Source: an uncultured delta proteobacterium (GTDB taxonomy: Bacteria; Desulfobacterota; Desulfobacteria; Desulfobacterales; QNYZ01). Taken from it: DNA of 64,000 nucleotides. Each line of letters begins with the position of its first letter. Positions within the stretch are counted from its first letter, which is position 1. Under the pieces are notes generated by a model. It was given only the letters and a program-made list of their open reading frames with translations. It was not told the DNA's origin and searched no databases. Shown piece after piece: positions 60,839 to 64,000 of the stretch. The position numbers and the translations under genes were made by a program. The stretch spans positions 352,001-416,000 of the forward strand of contig CAWJQU010000008.1 in assembly GCA_963845145.1 (NCBI GenBank). Reading direction: 5' to 3'.

Positions 60839-60903
60839 TAAGCCTCAGATGTATTTCACTGAATCTTTGAGTAAAACCTCAACCCTTTGCGCCAACCTTC
60901 GAA

Positions 60904-61395
60904 CTACAGGTCATACAAGGTTTCATCTTTTTTGGGCGGCAACCGGCGCTGGGCGGCTTTGCCTTTTTTGGTTGGGAGAATAAACGGATCTTCCCCTTCC
61001 AACAGATCACCCATTTGGGCTTCGATCTCGTCGGGATCTTCACCGTCTTTCATGCGTTGTAGCGCTTCCTGCATACCGGGCCCCATCTCCAGGCCCGTCA
61101 TGTTGGTGAGTTTTTCCATAAGGTTCGCGGCTTGACGGGGGTCATCTTCATCAATTTTCTCGGCTTCACTGGCCAAGACCTGCATGGCCTGTTCCATCTT
61201 GCTTTCATCAATGGGCAGATCATCCATGTCATCGTCTTCCTTGGCCCGGCCACCGATGGCAAACAAAGAGATTTCCCGTGAAAGGGTGCGGGTTTTACAC
61301 TTGGGACACTTGGGTTTTTTGGTGGTATTGATGGTGCGGGAGAAAAAGTTGAATATGGTATGGCAGTCATCACAGTAGAATTCATAAATCGGCAT
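60904..61395 (-). CDS. FmdB-family zinc-ribbon protein
   Basis: MPIYEFYCDDC..CPKC; acidic C-terminus. Confidence 0.85.
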   Translation of the reverse strand: MPIYEFYCDDCHTIFNFFSRTINTTKKPKCPKCKTRTLSREISLFAIGGRAKEDDDMDDLPIDESKMEQAMQVLASEAEKIDEDDPRQAANLMEKLTNMTGLEMGPGMQEALQRMKDGEDPDEIEAQMGDLLEGEDPFILPTKKGKAAQRRLPPKKDETLYDL

Positions 61396-61473
61396 CTTTA
61401 ATTCCTTTCAAACATCTTACAATTATAAATCTTATAAAATATAGTGTAGGCGATTATGGTTGTCAATTCGGTC

Positions 61474-63984
61474 TCAAAGGGTTTTCGTTCCTGATTTTAC
61501 GGTAGGTCGAATATTTAATCTTTTGCCGTCGGTAGCCAATTGGATTGCACCATTTCGGGCCGTGTTGAATATCTGAAATTTTCGCCGCTGGTATCTTTTT
61601 AACACGGCCGCATGAGGGAATCGATAGCGACCGGCCCTGGCACTGGATATGATGACCGTTTCAGGGGAAACCGCGTCTAAAAAATCCGATGTACTTGAAG
61701 TGCGGCTACCATGGTGCGGGGCCACCAGAACCGTACTGGATAGCGCATTGTTATGCCGGTTAACCAGCAAGGTTTCCGCCTCTTTTTCAATATCACCAGG
61801 AAACAGAAAGGATACCGCCCCCATGGCGATCTTAATCACCAGTGAATGGTTATTGGTATCAACTCCGGCATCATTGGCTCCGGGTGGAATAAAAGTCTTC
61901 GGTGGATGAAGGATATGAACTTGGGTCCCGCCGATTTCACTTTTTCCGGGTAGTAGGTGAAAAGGCAAGGAGGAGGTTTTATTTTTTTCGATAACGGATC
62001 TGAAAGCACGATACCCCTCGGTATCAGCCGCCTGACCGGTGCTCCAAAGATTTTTCACCTTAAAATGTTCGGCGATATAAGTCAGGCCGTTTAGATGATC
62101 GCTGTTGGGATGCGATAGAACTATGGTGTCCACGGCCATTATTTTTTTCCGCCATAAATATGGTGCCACAACCTTTGCCCCCACGTCAAAGGCGGCATTG
62201 TCATTAAACCCACCCCCGTCTATCAACATGACCGGACCCCCGGGAAATTCCACTAAGGCCGCACTCCCCGACCCCACATCGATAATTGTCACACGTAAAT
62301 CGGCGTGCCAAAAGCGTTGATACGCCCAGTATACCCCGTCTGCTATGCCTGCAGCAGCAGTAAGAAATAAGACCGCGTAAAGTATCTTTGGATGTAACAA
62401 CCCGGTGGTATTGGGTATTTTCCCTCCTTTCAAATAGGATAGAAACATCGGCGCCAACATGATCATCATTGCCACCAGAATATAATAAATGGCAATCTCG
62501 AGGACTGATGGGGTGAAGGTTTTAAGTGATACCGCATCTCCTTCAGCCAAAAAATGGATGCCGGTAAGGGTGACATCGAGAATGATACCGGCGATTTCAA
62601 AACAGGTCGTCGATAAAAAGATACTGGCCGAATGGGTAAACATGCCCATAAGCCCTGCTGGAACAGCCACAAAACCCACCAGTGGTACCGCTAAAAGATT
62701 GGTCCCCACCCCGATCAGCGAAACCTCATTAAAGCTTTGCATAACCAGCGGCAGGGTGCCGAGAGTGGCCAAAATCGTTACGCCGGCCATAGTTGCAGCC
62801 TTTTTGAGGATTGACGTGCGGGATACCAAAGGGGCGGTACCTTGGGGCCACGGGCGTGAGACGCCCAAAATGATGAAGGCCACAGCGGCAAACGAAAGTT
62901 GGAAAGAGATGGAAAAAAGAGAGGGAGGATGAACTGCCAAAATAATCACCCCGGCTACAGCCAGAGTATTAAACGCATTCTGGAGTTTCCCCGTCAGATA
63001 TGCCAACAGAAAGACCGCCACCATCACCACTGCGCGTTGGGTGGATGGTGACATACCGGACATAATCCCGTAACAGATAACCGGGATAAAAGTTAAGATA
63101 GCGGCACCTTTCACAGCCCATGCCCGGCGCAGTAGCATCTTACTATAAGAGAGTAGCCAACGGAAAATAAAAAAAGAAACCGTGGCGACAATCCCAATAT
63201 GAAGGCCGGAGATGGCCAGCAAGTGCCCGGTCCCGGTACGATTAAACACTTCCCTCAAGGGTGGCGATATGCCGGAGCGATCGCCGATGACCAGTGCTTT
63301 TAATATCTGCCCACTTTCACCGGGAACCGTAGTGTCAATTCGTTGTCCGACCGCTTGGCGAACCGCGTTAACCCTGCCCAAGAGGGTCATGGTGGACGGA
63401 CGTTCCAGGATATCGACCTGTGTCGGCGATACCCATATGCGACACCAAATCTTTTGGAAAGCCAGATATCGTTCGTAATTAAATCCGCCCGGGTTATGAA
63501 ACCCAAAAACCCGTTTGAGACGACCCCGGACTTGAATCTTATCACCACGTTTAAACTCAGGCATCTCGCCTCGCCCGATGGTGACAAGAATATTTCCGGA
63601 AACCGCCCTTTGGCCGTCCAGGTTTTTTAAACGGATTGCCTCAATCAAAAGCCGCTGACCATTGGGGCGTGACAATGGTGCCTCACGGATGATGCCCTCG
63701 GCGATCACTTTCCGATTATCGGCAAGGTGAACCACATGGTTTTCAGGTAAATCAGGGGCGGACCAGGGCTGAATGGACAGATAGCCAAGTGCAATAAAAA
63801 GCATTAACGGTGAAACCAGTGCCGTGCGGGACCGCCACAATCGCCATCCGATCAAAGTGAAACTCAGGATAATGATGATGAGCGACTCGCCACCATACCC
63901 CGGCCACCCCTCCCCCAGCACGATACCTGCCATAAAAGCGATCAGAATCGGAATAATGGGGCGCGCGAAAAGGTTAACGGGCAT
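61474..63984 (-). CDS. comEC: DNA uptake protein ComEC/Rec2
   Basis: NPGGF, HLLAISGLH, SFQLSF, SHPNSDH, GDIE, PHHGS. Confidence 0.95.
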   Translation of the reverse strand: MPVNLFARPIIPILIAFMAGIVLGEGWPGYGGESLIIIILSFTLIGWRLWRSRTALVSPLMLFIALGYLSIQPWSAPDLPENHVVHLADNRKVIAEGIIREAPLSRPNGQRLLIEAIRLKNLDGQRAVSGNILVTIGRGEMPEFKRGDKIQVRGRLKRVFGFHNPGGFNYERYLAFQKIWCRIWVSPTQVDILERPSTMTLLGRVNAVRQAVGQRIDTTVPGESGQILKALVIGDRSGISPPLREVFNRTGTGHLLAISGLHIGIVATVSFFIFRWLLSYSKMLLRRAWAVKGAAILTFIPVICYGIMSGMSPSTQRAVVMVAVFLLAYLTGKLQNAFNTLAVAGVIILAVHPPSLFSISFQLSFAAVAFIILGVSRPWPQGTAPLVSRTSILKKAATMAGVTILATLGTLPLVMQSFNEVSLIGVGTNLLAVPLVGFVAVPAGLMGMFTHSASIFLSTTCFEIAGIILDVTLTGIHFLAEGDAVSLKTFTPSVLEIAIYYILVAMMIMLAPMFLSYLKGGKIPNTTGLLHPKILYAVLFLTAAAGIADGVYWAYQRFWHADLRVTIIDVGSGSAALVEFPGGPVMLIDGGGFNDNAAFDVGAKVVAPYLWRKKIMAVDTIVLSHPNSDHLNGLTYIAEHFKVKNLWSTGQAADTEGYRAFRSVIEKNKTSSLPFHLLPGKSEIGGTQVHILHPPKTFIPPGANDAGVDTNNHSLVIKIAMGAVSFLFPGDIEKEAETLLVNRHNNALSSTVLVAPHHGSRTSSTSDFLDAVSPETVIISSARAGRYRFPHAAVLKRYQRRKFQIFNTARNGAIQLATDGKRLNIRPTVKSGTKTL

Positions 63985-64000
63985 GAGTCGGTTAGCCGGT

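Noticed and set aside
1..64000. Many antisense or nested ORFs; tRNA, rRNA, riboswitch, integrase or transposase genes
   Set aside because: The nested ORFs are shadows of well-supported genes. None of the other features was recognised by eye; an Rfam/tRNAscan run is needed to exclude them.

Overview
Chromosomal window from an anaerobic deltaproteobacterium, probably Desulfobacterales-like (inferred from gene content). 1-27.9 kb is mostly housekeeping: mglAB, a GGDEF protein, argJ, truA, kdsD, pfk, pepA, fadD, class I fumarase, and an FGGY kinase plus S1P-lyase-like pair. 27.9-43.6 kb is a symmetrical sulfur-oxyanion redox island. Two paralogous Cys-rich-PAS sigma54 activators flank two converging operons. 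The first is tusA-like / HybA-like FeS / an NrfD-tetraheme-octaheme fusion with 13 heme motifs / PsrA-PhsA-type molybdoenzyme / PsrB. The second is small cytochrome c-like / three-domain rhodanese lipoprotein with an in-frame UGA and SECIS-like hairpin / second octaheme OTR / cytochrome b, preceded by a DsrE-like pair. All three sigma54 promoters of the island share an upstream palindrome GTTAACA-NN-TGTTAA(C/A). 43.6-61 kb is an accessory region with an ORF-less group II intron whose EBS1/EBS2 still match its insertion site, AOR, TA genes and remnants, a second selenoprotein (UxxC peroxiredoxin-like) and a YgeY-like hydrolase, ending in comEC. No tRNA, rRNA or CRISPR array was recognised. All product calls come from motif recognition by eye; no searches were run.
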